Origin: Chrysomallon squamiferum
Lineage: Eukaryota; Animalia; Mollusca
DNA length: 64,000 bases
NCBI GenBank assembly: GCA_012295275.1
Contig: CM022672.1
Location: 22,072,001 to 22,136,000, forward strand
Direction: 5' to 3'
Below, piece by piece: positions 29,666-43,560 of this stretch. The notes beneath the pieces are model-generated. The model did no database searches. It was not told the DNA's origin and was given only the letters and a program-made list of their open reading frames with translations. Position numbers and translations under genes: made by a program. The number at the start of each line of letters is the position of its first letter. Position 1 is the first letter of the stretch.

Positions 29666-31879
29666 AATGGGACAGTTAACTAACTCAAGAAACCATGCGT
29701 AAATTAATAAAAGTGTTATAGACTGAAATAACGTTGTTACTCATTTCACGCTGTAATATGCATGGTTGGATAATGTTAACCGCTAATGGCCACCTGCGCA
29801 CTTTTAGCATAGAATATTAGTTATCTCCAACAGTACACCGATGAAATCACCCACTCTTAACACACGCATTTTATTATTAAAACGTACCGCCTACAGAGAA
29901 AATATAACCTGGATTTATTAACAGTAGTTATTAATTATGCCACAGTCAGTCTACCGGTGTGAAGAATAGTTCAGATAATCTGAACCGTTATTTTAAAGCG
30001 TTGTGTTAAATATAAATATTTCACAGCTTGTATGTATCAGTATAATACTTTCCACACAGTTAAATGCTCCAATTAAACCATTACATAAATTAAGTGTGCG
30101 TATTTCGGCATTTCATTAAGCTTCGTTGCTGTAAATGGGCAAAAATTTGTCCTACGACAGCGACAAGAATCTTTTAGTGAAATGGCTAATTTTGAAAGGC
30201 ATCAATCAGTACCAACAGAGTGACGACACCAGACATTTTATCCACCTCTTTTGTCATTTCTGACATGTGGACTTCGGCACTGAAGAGAAACAGAGAGCGA
30301 GAGCCTCAGAGATTATCCAAAATAAACACCCAACGCTTAGTCAGAGTCTAGGTATCGGATGCCAGACTGTATAGAAAATTCAGTTGAATGCAGAGATCAT
30401 GGAAACTGTTGTTTTTGATACACAGAAGGATATAGATCTGCTAACATTATATTGTATTAGGCAAAGAACTGTTGTATTATTTATGACTAGTGAGTAATAA
30501 TGTATGTGTGGCACGCCAGTGTTAGCATAATTTATTCCTTGTCAGACCTATGCACGTTTTATTGATGACCAAAGAAAGCAAGGTATTAACTCACAAAACG
30601 ATCCAGAGCGTTCTCGGGTTTCAGACAAAAAAGGACATTTCTAAACTTTTGTTATTTACGAACTGTGGTTTTCTTAATGAATATGTTGGTTGTTATTATC
30701 ATCATGTTTTTGTGTTTTTTTTACTTTATAATTAAACTAATTTTCATCTTGAAAAATCATAAAGATGACAACGCTGTTTTTTCCCTTTTCTGAAGTAGTG
30801 GATTCTTATCTGGACAAGAATGGCACAATCTCAGACATCTGTCGCCTTCATTCATAAATCGCAGGCTTATGGACTTAAATCAGTGAAAATATTAACGTAA
30901 TTCGTTCATTTGCTCCACGTCGTTTTTTTTTTGGTTTTTTTGTTCCTTCAGTGCACCTACTGCCGACCGACCGACATAAACGATCGCAAGCGGAACTCAA
31001 GAAAAATTTAATATTAACCTAATTCACCGGCGGGGCTCTTTCATTCACAACAAGCACCGCAAATTGATGGCTACAGGCAACAACCAGCAGCAGATGACGT
31101 GCTTTACAGAACAGTTTATTAACAATTACATTTATAAACACTGACTGTCAATCCTGGAGTATTATAAAAGGCGCTTTTTCAGATGCGTGCCTAACTCTAT
31201 CGATTTATGTATTATGAAATATAGGTTAACCTAGACATTAATATCGACAGGAGGTTTGTCCAGAGTATGCAGATGTTTTTGTTTGGATGCTGTAATACTA
31301 GAACTGCGCTGTAAAGCTATTTCCATTTAGCTGACAAACAATGATGTATTCACTCATTGTGCTTAGTAATGTGAGAAATAAAAATTTGAAACGTAAATGG
31401 CGCACAGTGTTTGTTAAGCCCGTGGTATAAATGTAGGCAGACCATTTTGCTCTAATTTCTAACTATTTAAAGAATAAGCACAAATAAAACGGAAACAGTA
31501 TTATTAAGCCATTTTTTTTTAAAGTTTATATTTAGTGGAAAGTTAATGGGATTTTTTAATGCCTTCCCTTGTGTTTTTCTTTCATTAATTAGTTGTTTAG
31601 TTACACGTTTGTTGTGTTTTCTAAGTTTTATTTTATTTATTTGCTGAATTTATATTCACAATAAATGACGTAATAAAAAATCAAATAAAGTACTAACTCT
31701 TCTAAACATTGCATTTGAAGGTCAGTCAGAAAGAAAATATCTTCATTTTGAGTACAATGTATGTATGTATGTATGTATGTATGTATGTACGTATGTATGC
31801 GTATGAACTCCTAACTGGACTGCCTAACTCCATTTTTCTACCATTATCACTACTGTTATTTCTACTGATGCTGCTACTA

Positions 31880-32167
31880 CAGGCTGAGGATCTCGTATCA
31901 GAAATTCCGAAATCCAAAACATTTTCCGAGCAACAGAAATAATATCTTACAGTTACTGGACATTTTTTTGCACATACAAATCGTATTAAAAATATTATTT
32001 AAAAATCCTGCAGACTATCTGTAAGTTGTATATTAAAAATAAATGGAATTCATATTTAGACGTAGAATCTATTCTCTAGCTATCTACTTATATTCCAAAA
32101 TCCGAAATATTCCGAAATCCGAAACACTTCCAGTCCCAAGCATTTCGGATAAAGGATCCTTAACATG
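31880..32167. mobile_element. Non-autonomous pogo/Tigger-type DNA transposon (MITE), 288 bp, TA target-site duplication
   Basis: TA|CAGGCTGAGGATCTCGTATCAGAAAT ... ATTTCGGATAAAGGATCCTTAACATG|TA. TIRs are 19/26 identical, with internal TCCGAAA subterminal repeats. The right end resembles Tigger4/Zombi termini as I recall them. Confidence 0.8.
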
Positions 32168-32169
32168 TA

Positions 32170-32620
32170 TTACTACTGTTACAGTCACTGGTTCTGCTGT
32201 CACTACTGCTACCACAAATAATGGCGTTTGTGTTGCTAATTCCTCTACTACTACTACTACTACTGCTGTTATTGCTGGTGCTGTTGTTGCTACAGATACT
32301 AATGTTGAAACTGCCACTACCACTATAACCACCCCACCATCATTACTACCACCATTCTTCTGCGAATATTATTACTACTGTTACTACTATTAATGCTGCT
32401 ACTATTACTATTGCTATTACTATAACTAGTACTACTCTGCGATACTCTGCTACTACTACAGCAATAACAACTGCTAATGCTACTGCTACCACTGCAACAA
32501 CAACAACTACTAATACCACCTCTACCGGACTCTCGTTCCTCAAAAACACTACTGCATTATTATCACCACCACCACCACCACTACAGTTTTATCAATAACA
32601 ACTACAACAACAACATCACT
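32170..32620. repeat. Degenerate (ACT/ACC/ATT)n trinucleotide tract
   Basis: Directly visible; poly-T/V pseudo-ORFs. Confidence 0.8.
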
Positions 32621-33066
32621 TTATCTGTCTGCCACTTATACCTCTCGGATTAACACCACTCCAGATCTGCTCTCGTGTTAATACGTTCATCAGTGACTGA
32701 CAAATTACCCGTTCTTCGCAAAGTCAGACTATTGATTGCTCCGCGTTGTTCATATACCTCTGCGACATCGTCATAACTACTAGATAAGGAATAGCTTAGT
32801 GAGACAATCACCCAGGAATCGATACGACAGATGAGACACTTGACATGCCCTGCTTCGTTGTCAAAGTGAGGACGGAAATCAACGTCTGGCTGCCGGTGAC
32901 ATCAGGAGATGAAGAATTCCAGTGCAAAAACACGACGGTCAAGAATACTCGTTAACAATTCTAACAATTCCTGGACAGAGAGTTTCTCAGTCCAGTTTCA
33001 CGTGTCTTTAGTGTAGTAAATTATATTTTAATAAATAAAGATGATGATGATGATGATGATGATGCC

Positions 33067-33121
<55 letters not shown>

Positions 33122-34559
33122 TCAGCATTTTGTTTTTTCTAAAAATGAATAAACCTGTACTAATATAATGACATTTGAAGATGAAACAGATAAGCGATAT
33201 AATATTTTTTATTTTTATGAAACATTTAAGATACTCATCAAATTTTGTACTGAAATCGTTCTTCCTATGATAGTTGGCATTACTAATATTTATTTACATG
33301 TTTTAGATTTTCGATTTCCTTGTTAATTCTTCGGTAATAAGAGTAATGACATCCAAACTACTGGTGGATGTTTTGACCTTGAACTCAGATAGCAAGAATA
33401 CAGAATATTTATTCTTTTAACTGACTTCTAAAGATCGGGTTATAAGCGAATATTATTCAAGGTTAACTTCCTGGTACAGATTAATTCTGATAAGAATTAA
33501 GTTCAGAGTTACGTCAAATATTAGTTCGGAACAGACACCCTTTGGTGTATGGCCCACTTCTGTCAGCTAATTACTAGAATAACGTAAAGTAGCTGCAGTC
33601 AATAATATGTGACAAAATGAAGTAGGAATATTTTCAGATCGCTGCTGTACATGTATATGTAATAAGTGTGTATGTGTTTGATGCATGTGTGATGTGTGCG
33701 TGTGCATGTGTTTGTTTGTGCTTGACCACTTTTTCCCTTCTTGCTCTCTCTCAAATCATTATTTCTACATCATTATATATTTATCTGTTCCTCGTTGTAT
33801 CCGAGTCCCATTAAAGACTGAAACATAGTAACTGGGACACAGAAGAACAGAGAAACATATAAAGATATGGAATTAATGATTTCAGAGAGAGCAAGAAGGG
33901 CTATAAATATATATATATATATATGAAAACGACGGCAGTTGCTGCTAAAGAAACTCTAATACTGTCCTGTTAACATTTCTGTTAAATGAATTATTGATCT
34001 CGTATTATCTAACAAACGTTCGTGAATGGACACTAATGTCTTCAGCTGAGAATATATCCACTTTGTTTTTCGCTCTTCTGAAGATCACACTGAATGTCGT
34101 ATTAAAATTTGAAATCCTTATTTGTTTTTATTTTATTTTGTAAAAATCAAATTTAAAAAGAATGAAGTAAACAAAAAGAATAAGTACTTATATGCACACA
34201 CGCACATGTATAATATATACATAAGAGAAAGATATTACAGAGAGAAAGAGTACGCAAGCCAACAGAGTTAATGGAAGAGAGATAACTCTTGTTCTTCCTG
34301 TATTTTATGTATAATAAACCTTTCTGGGCATCAAGTACGGTATCATATGGAAATACAACGTATTGTTATTGTTATTATTGTTATTATTATTATTGTTGTT
34401 GTTGTCGTCGTCGTTGTTGTTATATACAAAAACAACAACGATGATAATAACAATAATAACAATATGAATAACAACAACAACAATAATAATAACACGTAAT
34501 AATAACAACAATAACAGTAATAATTATAATTATAACAACGACAACGACAAAGTACTTAC

Positions 34560-34815
34560 TCTGGGTACGTCTTCATCTCTTTGAGTTTGCCCTGCAGCAG
34601 AGCGCATGTCCGCAGGTCGGAAGTGTCAACCGCCCGCCTGCGAGCCACCCGCGGAGCCGGCCCCTCCCCTTCCTCTGACACCTGCTCCAGGTGACCTATG
34701 AGGGAGGGGTAGGGGGTGGACCCCGATACGATGGACGCCCGCCGTCGCTGGGACACGTGGCGGCTCCCTGTGGCCCCAATCATGTTGTGAGCCTTGTAGC
34801 GCAACCCGGCGGCGA
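34560..34815 (-). CDS. Cav2: Cav2 upstream exon encoding extended N-terminus (probable start ATG at 34783)
   Basis: Strongly GC-rich 256-nt block in an AT-rich background. Bounded by acceptor ctctttttttctttcag| and consensus donor |GTAAGT. Open frame AAGLRYKAHNMIGATGSRHVSQRRRASIVSGSTPYPSLIGHLEQVSEEGEGPAPRVARRRAVDTSDLRTCALLQGKLKEMKTYPE is in phase with the MATFQ exon. RRRAVxxSDxxxCALLQ resembles a motif I recall from long invertebrate Cav2 N-termini (unverified). Confidence 0.85.
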
Positions 34816-35088
34816 CTGAAAGAAAAAAAAGAGTAAAATTTTAGTTCACGTTGTTTGAGTTTTTTAATATCGAACAGAAGTTTATAAAGGCAAATGTTAA
34901 AAATGATGAAACATTAAATTTGCTGTATGATTATTTTATATCACTAATTATATATATATATATATATTATTTTTTTTAATTGAAATAATTTCAGATATTC
35001 CGTAATCATAAGTAGCCAAATATGTGTTACTCGGTATAAAAGAAAAATGTAGAAATTCCTTATTAAACGCTGACTTAACAAGATGATA

Positions 35089-35491
35089 TATGTATGTATG
35101 TATTTATGCATGTTTGTATCTATTTATGTATGTATGTATGTATGCATGTATGCATGCATGTATGTTTGTATGTATGTATGTATGTATGTATGTATGTATG
35201 TTTGTATGTATGTTTGTATGTATGTATGTATGTATGTTTGTATGTATGTTTGTATGTATGTTTGTATGTGTGTATGTATGTATGTATGTATGTATGCATG
35301 TATGTATGTATGTATGTATGTATGTATGTATGTATGTATGTATGTATGTATGTTTGTATGTATGTATGTATTTATGTATGTATGCATGTTTGCATGTATT
35401 TATGTATGTATGTATGTATGTATGTATGTATGTATGCATGCATGTTTGTATGTATTTATGTATGTATGTATGTATGCATGTATGCATACAC

Positions 35492-35522
<31 letters not shown>

Positions 35523-35692
35523 TGTATGTATGTATGTATGTATGTATGTATGTATGTATGTATGTATGTATGTATGTGTGTATGTATGTATGTATGTATG
35601 TATGTATGTATGTATGCATGTATGCATGTATGTATGTATATATGTTTGTATGTATGTATGTATGTATGTATGTTTGTATGTATGTATGTATG

Positions 35693-35726
<34 letters not shown>

Positions 35727-35806
35727 TGTATATATATATATGTATGTATATATGTTTGTATGTATGTATGTATGTAAGTATGTATGTAAGTATGTATGTA
35801 TGTATG
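35089..35806. repeat. Long interrupted (TATG)n microsatellite, ~720 bp
   Basis: Directly visible; gives stop-free MYVC pseudo-ORFs in all three plus frames. Confidence 0.97.
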
Positions 35807-35957
35807 TGTCTATATAGATATGTGTGTGTGTGTTGGTAAGATATATTTTATTCTTATTAGAATGAGTTTGTAAAAAGGTATGAATATCGTATATAAAAAA
35901 ATGTATTTGTTGTTTTATTATTATTAATTGGATTTTGGTTTTATTGTGTTTTTTGCA

Positions 35958-35994
<37 letters not shown>

Positions 35995-36746
35995 TAATTG
36001 TTATTATTCCATCACAAAAATGAAATCAAATTATCTAAAATAAAATACTGAAGCAAGGGGACAAAACTGCAACTCTGTCATGAAGGATGTCAGATTTATC
36101 TCCCTGAATGTAGTAGTTACAGCATGAGTAGAAATTAACGTTGAATTCCCTAGCTAATGCAACAAATACAAGCAATGGACATCTTTAAAAATAAAATAAA
36201 AATGAAAGACAGAACGACGAAAGAGAAAGTATTATTGAATGAATATTTATTAAACAACGTCTCAACGAATTTTAACATTATCATTTATAGACCAAAGTAT
36301 CTGTTTTTCTTTCTCTTTCTTTCTTTTCTTACTCTCCTGATTATTGTTTCTATTTCCTTTTTAAATTTAATTACTTGTATTTTATTCTGAGAATGAGAAA
36401 GGAAACCTATTGCCACTGGGTCTACAGTTATTCTACATAACACTTTAACATAAACATTGTTTTGACAGGAAAGCAAATAATATTGTATTAGTCACAGAAA
36501 AAAACCAGTCTTGGGTCGGGGAATAAAGAATTAACGGAAAGTAGAAACAGAAGGAATTCTGCAAGTAAGCTTACACAGGTACTTAATTATACATATAGAC
36601 ACGTAAAACTCTGCTCACACAAACACACACGCACACACACACATACAAACACACACAGATATATATATATATATATATACATACATAAAAATCTACTTAA
36701 ACATGACGAAGCAGAAACTGAGAAAATCGTTAATTGGGTAATCACT

Positions 36747-36786
<40 letters not shown>

Positions 36787-38127
36787 ATTATTATTAGTAG
36801 TAGTACTGGTGGCAGTAATAGTAGTAGTGGCAGTAGTTGTAGTACTGTAAGTAGTAGTAGTACTAGCTGTAGTGCTATATATAAAATTACCTCTGTTATT
36901 ATTGTTATTATTGTTTCTAACACCAATTCGCCTGTTAGTCCGAATCATTTTTTCTTTTTGTTACTTTCTCACTGTACAAGTAAACCCAGAGAACAGAGAT
37001 CTGACACACGTAACTTAAAACAGTCTACAGATACACTGAAATTCCTGTTTTGAAATTGAGTTACTGTGAGATCTGTTCACCTCATCATCTACTGCGTATC
37101 ATGACTGCTTCACGTAATGTCCTATCAAAGTTTTATTTAAAACCAGTCACGGAATGATCAAAGACACCAAGCGTTATTCTGTCTACGGCTTGGGCTGTGA
37201 GATGAAAGGGGAAAGATACTAGAAAATAATTTGCTAATGGTTAGGGGAGACTGTCTGTGTGTGTTTACGTGTGTTTGCATAATCTGTATTATATACATGT
37301 ACGTGCATTTATTTATATCTTGTATAGGCCTTCTATACAACATACAAATATACATATTACTCACTAACGAACATGCATACATCATATATACATACAAATA
37401 CATACATATATACATACATACATACATACACACACAACGACATACATACATACATACATATATAAATACACACGTATATATATATACATATATTCAATCA
37501 TACGTACATACGCACACACACACACACACACACATATAGATATATTCATACATACGTACACACATGCACACATACACACACACATACGTAAACACGTACG
37601 TACACACAAACAGACACAACACACATAAACTACACACAAAATGTACATTAATGTCCACTGAACATGTTTTATGAATACTCCACTTCCAGCTCAACTCATT
37701 TTTATTATGACACAAGAAAGATAACTCTGTCCGGCCTGTCAATGACATTACTCGCGTTTGAAAAGAAAATGCGATTTATGGGAGCAGTGCGATAAATGTA
37801 TTGCCAGCGAAGATACTCGACAAATCAGACCAGTAAACAGTCGAAGTTTTATTTGGTCATAAAATCGTCTGGCTTTGAAATGGTTTTGCTTTTGACGTAT
37901 GGTTATGTAAGTCTGACCAGAATGGAATAATTTGCTTAGGAAACTGAATGATTCAATTTGTCTATTTACTTCACTATTTATTTATTTATTTACTTACAGT
38001 TTATACATAGATGCACATATATATTTTTGTTTCTCATATATTTACTAATCCGTTCACTTAGTGGATGATTTATTTTCTAGTTTCAGTGTCTTTCCATTAA
38101 GTACATGTGATATATCTCTCTTTCTCT

Positions 38128-38358
<231 letters not shown>

Positions 38359-39041
38359 GTGAGTGAGAGCATTGTCTTCAAGTCTTAATATTCAATTACT
38401 CTTTTAGTTTCATATAATCGTAACAACAACAAAAGTGAACACTGCGGTTCATATCACTGTAAACAAAATTAATTACACAGGACGAAGTCGAACGTTTGGT
38501 GACAGCTGGGTGCGTTTCTTTTGTCACGCAGTATATATTCGAACCCGCCCATCACAATAACAGAAATAATGGTGTATATTGTCACAACCGTGTAGGCGTT
38601 ATTTATCATTTGCAAAATTACACGAATGCAGCAGCTGTCATCACGAGATAATGTAAATACAGAGAACGTAAAAATATATGTCCAGACGTTAATAAACTAA
38701 ATCAGCGAAAATATGAACTAAATAACAATGATAATACGAAATAAAATGAAATATAACAATAGCTACGATTTAATATTGTAGCAATAACAGAAACGAAAAT
38801 GGTTGGGGGAAAAAAAATGCAATGTAATAATCAAAACAAAAATAAATGAAGCAATAGCAAGAAGAACAACAACAACAACAATAAATATACTGGTATAACT
38901 ATGATGATGGTGATGATGATAATAATAATGTTGATGATCAGTATGATTTTATATTTCGATTAACATACTACGTTGCTGATCTGAAACGGTGTAATATTAA
39001 AAATGACCTTCCGATTCAGTATTCCTGTCAATAAATTATAA

Positions 39042-39085
<44 letters not shown>

Positions 39086-39214
39086 AATATAATATAATAT
39101 AATATAATATAATATAATATAATATAATATAAATAATAAATGCTTTGGCCAATTAATGTCATGTATCTGTTTGAATAATCTTCCCTCTTTGTCTAACAAT
39201 TAAACGTTAACTCT

Positions 39215-39352
39215 GCCGTGTCATGCAGATCGAACAACTCATTTCCCAAATAGAAACCCAGAGTACCACGCCTGGTTTACTGAATACTGTGGTATGTCAT
39301 GTCCTGTTTATGGAAAGATATATCATATAAAGGACTCTTGGCTGGTTATCGA
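39215..39352 (+). mobile_element. Decayed SINE family A fragment
   Basis: ccagagtaccacgcctgg...gtggtatgtcatgtcctgtttatggaaagat...catataaaaggactcttggctg aligns by eye with the core of the other family A copies. Confidence 0.5.
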
Positions 39353-39725
39353 CTGAAGCTTATAAAAATGTGATATCAGGATGGTTTGTCTTTTGTTGTG
39401 TGCTTTCTAGTTTTCATTTATTTTCTGTGGGTGTTTTTTTTGTTACGTTTTTTTTGTGGTTTTTTTTTATTTTGTGTGTTATTATTTTTTGTTGTTTTGT
39501 TTCTGTCTTTTTTGTGTTCGTTGTTTTTTTGTTTTTGGATTGTTATTTTTTGTTTCGTTTGTACTTCACGTCATTATTATTAAAAAAAATATAATAATAA
39601 TAAAAATAATAAGTAAAATAATAAGAAAAATAATAAATAAATACTTAAATAAATAAATAAACAAACAAACAAACAAACATAAACATAACCAAAGAACCAC
39701 ATTAACAACTACTGACATATCACTG

Positions 39726-39756
<31 letters not shown>

Positions 39757-40262
39757 TTCAAAACAAAGAACAGAATCGCAGGTGTAAACAGCTTTACCCG
39801 ATGATTAAGAAATAGTTATAATTACATAAGTTTCTTACCATCTGAGGTCTATATATCAGATATCCCTTCCAGCGGGGCCTCGTCTTTCGTATTAACAGAA
39901 TCGAGTTAATTCGCTTCTCTGATTAAGTTTTATGTTGCCATGCGTTCCTTGGGGATTCTAAAGGTTCACCGGGGCCGCCACTGGTAACATTAAGTTACTT
40001 AAGAAGCAATCGTTTACTAATGAAATTTGGCCATTTCATGGTGTGGGTGTCGTCAACAGTATTACCGGCTTTGGATATTACTGTCCAAGTACGTTCTGAG
40101 AAATTATCGTGTTTGACCTTTGAAGTGAAGCACCGCTAGGAGGAAGTCTGTGGAAGACGCATTTGGACAGCAGAAGTAAAAGGTTGTTTTGTAATCGTGT
40201 TAGAAGTCCGGTCACCTCAAAGTAGGCTATGTACTACTCGTGATACGTAATAATAATAATAA

Positions 40263-40333
<71 letters not shown>

Positions 40334-40534
40334 GTGAGGGTGTGTTTTGTGTTCGGTGAGAATTAGATATGACTGAGAAGAATGGTCTGGGTCATCGTAA
40401 TTATAAGCCTTAAAGAAAGAAGAAGACAAACAGATATCTACACTTTAATATATACAGTTATGTGCACTCTCATATATATGCATAAGCATGCATGCATGAA
40501 TACATATATACCTATATAATACATACATACATAC

Positions 40535-40572
<38 letters not shown>

Positions 40573-40865
40573 ACACATACATCCAGGAATATATGTATAG
40601 ATATATACGTATGTATATATACATACATTAGTTATTTTTCGTTAATCAGATCAGTAAAGTGATAATAGCGAAAACAATAGAATTAGTATTTTCATTCGAT
40701 CTGTCTCTCCTCTTGTAATTGTGCGTGTGTACGTTCGTGCACGTGTTCGTGTATGTGTGCGTTTATGTGTGCATGTATGTGTATCTGTATATATGTAAAA
40801 CGTTAACCCCTACCTCTGTTACAATGAAAATTTCCATAAACGTAGAGCTACTATTACCTTTACTA

Positions 40866-40929
40866 TTACGTAAAGGTCAGAGGTCGGTATTTATGACGTC
40901 ACAATAGTGTGACCTTTAACCTGGGGTCA
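40866..40929. promoter_or_regulatory. Candidate enhancer: TTACGTAA + DR1 + CRE + inverted DR1 cluster
   Basis: TTACGTAA 40866-73; AGGTCA-G-AGGTCG 40874-86; TGACGTCA 40894-901; TGACCT-T-TAACCT 40910-22; GGGTCA 40924-29. The motifs are seen directly; function is inferred. Confidence 0.45.
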
Positions 40930-41101
40930 CAGACATGTATTAGATGGAAAAAGTGCACAGATTGGGTACTCAAAATGTATTTATTTATTTATTTTACCTT
41001 AAAATGTATTAATTAATGAATGAATTATAACTGTTGTTATTGTTTCGTATGTACGTGCATATATATATATACTCACACATATATATATACACACATATAT
41101 A

Positions 41102-41134
<33 letters not shown>

Positions 41135-41560
41135 TCATGTACGTATTTGTGACTGTGTGTGTGTTTGTAGTTTTTCACCTATTACAACAGACACACACTA
41201 TTATAATAACGACAGACACAGACTGGTTTGACACAAACATTGATTTCACTGATGACACAGACATCAGGTATGACTCAGTTAACACTTTGTCACAGAGTTC
41301 AGTTTGAAACATCACCGAAAAAATCCATATTCTATTATATATGGCGTAGTGAAAAGATAATTTTTATGGAAACAGTTTTGATTTCTATGGTACGTTTGAA
41401 GAAGTTCTGCATTTAAAACAAAATAAGATAATTAAATTATTGATTTTCACCTTTTCTGAGTAATTGCATGCAAAATAAAGGGTTTATCTTTAATATAAAG
41501 TAAAAAAAAAGAAAGAAAAACAACATTTGAAAAAGAACTATCTGCCTGTCATTGTCTCTT

Positions 41561-41564
<4 letters not shown>

Positions 41565-41652
<88 letters not shown>

Positions 41653-41662
41653 ACTCTCTCTC
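41565..41662. repeat. (CT)n microsatellite
   Basis: Directly visible. Confidence 0.95.
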
Positions 41663-42251
41663 TATTTCACAGTCAAACTCACAAAACTCCAGTTACGTCT
41701 CCCCTTCTCTGATATATACAACGCAATCTAATATTCAGCTTTATTTATTTGATAACTGATAATACGTTAGTTTTAACAAATATTTCCGAATTCGCCAAAT
41801 CATTGTCTGCGAGCATCTTAAACAAGCGACGACAACCCACGAGTCTGGAATTGTCTGTTGATTATACGTTTGCTTCGACTGACTAAAATCAAACTCGTTT
41901 AAATGAAGAGGAAACCACATTATATTAGTCCGCATTCTTGACGTACACCAGACCTTATTTTACGTTTGGACCGGATTTCTGGCATTAACTGCAGCATCGG
42001 CAGTCCGTGCACGTAGCAATCAATGCCAAATTGAAAATGTAAGGAGCGCCGTGCGGAACTACAAGTGTTGGCGAACTTAATTTCAGCAATCCGATTCAAC
42101 AGACAGGCCATTATCGTTCGCTTGTACTTTTCCAAAATAATTAGTTACAAAAATAAGAAACGTTTTTTTTTTTTTGACTTTTAGTTCTATTACATCTGTA
42201 CGTTTCAAAAACAATCAGTTATAAAATTAATTATTATTAGTAGTAGTAGTA

Positions 42252-42286
<35 letters not shown>

Positions 42287-43377
42287 TTCTGTACGCTTGG
42301 TTGCTTCCAAAATAATTAGTTATAAAAATATATATATATATTTATTTTTTTTATCTTGTAATTATTTATTTTTTAAATATTGTTTTCTGTCTTTCTCTGT
42401 TTTCTTTCTTTCTTTCTTTATCTTTTTTCTTTATATTTCTTTCTTCATTTTTCCCTTTTTCTTTCTGTCTTTATTTTCGTTTACTTTCTGTTTAATTGTT
42501 TTATGATGTTCTTTCCTTCTCTTTTCTTCTTCGTTTCTTTTATAACGTTTCACAGGATCTGTTTTCGTCATATACTTTCCCGTTGTTTTATTTCTGTGTT
42601 TTTCAATCGCCTTTCATTCATTTACTCTTTCTTTTTTTTTTTTTTGTTTAGTTGTTTTCATCCAGTCATAAAAATCTACTCTTCGTTTATTAAAACTTTT
42701 TTCTCTCATATTTTTTTTTTTTTTTTTGAAAAATTATTGATTATAACATATTTATAAAATGTCGTGGTTTTTTTTTTTTTTTTTTTTCTATTTTAACGAA
42801 ATGTTAGGTTATGTCTTTGAACAGAAAATGTCATAACTGAATTTTTTTTTTTTTTTTTTTTAAATCGAATCTATCTTAGAGATATAAAAAGAATACAAAA
42901 TGTCATAAAAAGCGTTATTCCTTAATAACATAAAATAATTTACAAAATGTCATGTCCATTCAGTAAATTAATGATAAAAAACAGCATCTAAAAACCCAAT
43001 ACACATCAATATATCACTCTGAACGATAACAAGAATGTCTCGTAAATTAACATAGTTAAGAAACAAAACAGTATTATAAAATATCACATGCGCAAGAGAT
43101 ACGTCAAATTTCCTATTAATTCACGTCATTATTCAGTAAACGGAGATGCATAAATATTAAGTCTAATGTCAGTTTCCTTAATGTATTCAGATTTAGAACT
43201 GGAAACATACTGAGATATGGTGCAGTAATAGACTGTTTGTTTCCAGTAACTGGACTAAGTAGACTATACATTATGTTAGTGATACACTGACAGCCTGGCA
43301 TATGTTAAATCTCAAGAACAGTTCCCAAAGGTGCTCTTCTTAACCTAGTTTTACGTTTCAATAGTGTTATTAAAACT

Positions 43378-43560
43378 GTAGCCGATGGTACAAGATTTCC
43401 AACCAATGGGAAAGTGTGTGTAACAGGATACTTTCTGCTAAGCGAAAAGAATAACTCATAGTGTGATGTTAGCAGGTTTTCTCTCTAGTATTACAATAAC
43501 AGTAATATGTTTGATAAATGAAAACGGTTAATATGTTAAAGTGTTTTGTCTTATTAACAT
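43378..43560 (+). mobile_element. Decayed SINE family A fragment
   Basis: gggaaagtgtgtgtaacaggatactttctgctaagcgaaaagaataactcat...agcaggttttctctct...atatgtttga matches the family A core and 3' part. Confidence 0.55.

Noticed and set aside
35083-35839. 227-249 aa MYVC-repeat ORFs and similar HT/ER/LS/YL ORFs throughout the window
   Set aside because: Microsatellite translation artefacts.
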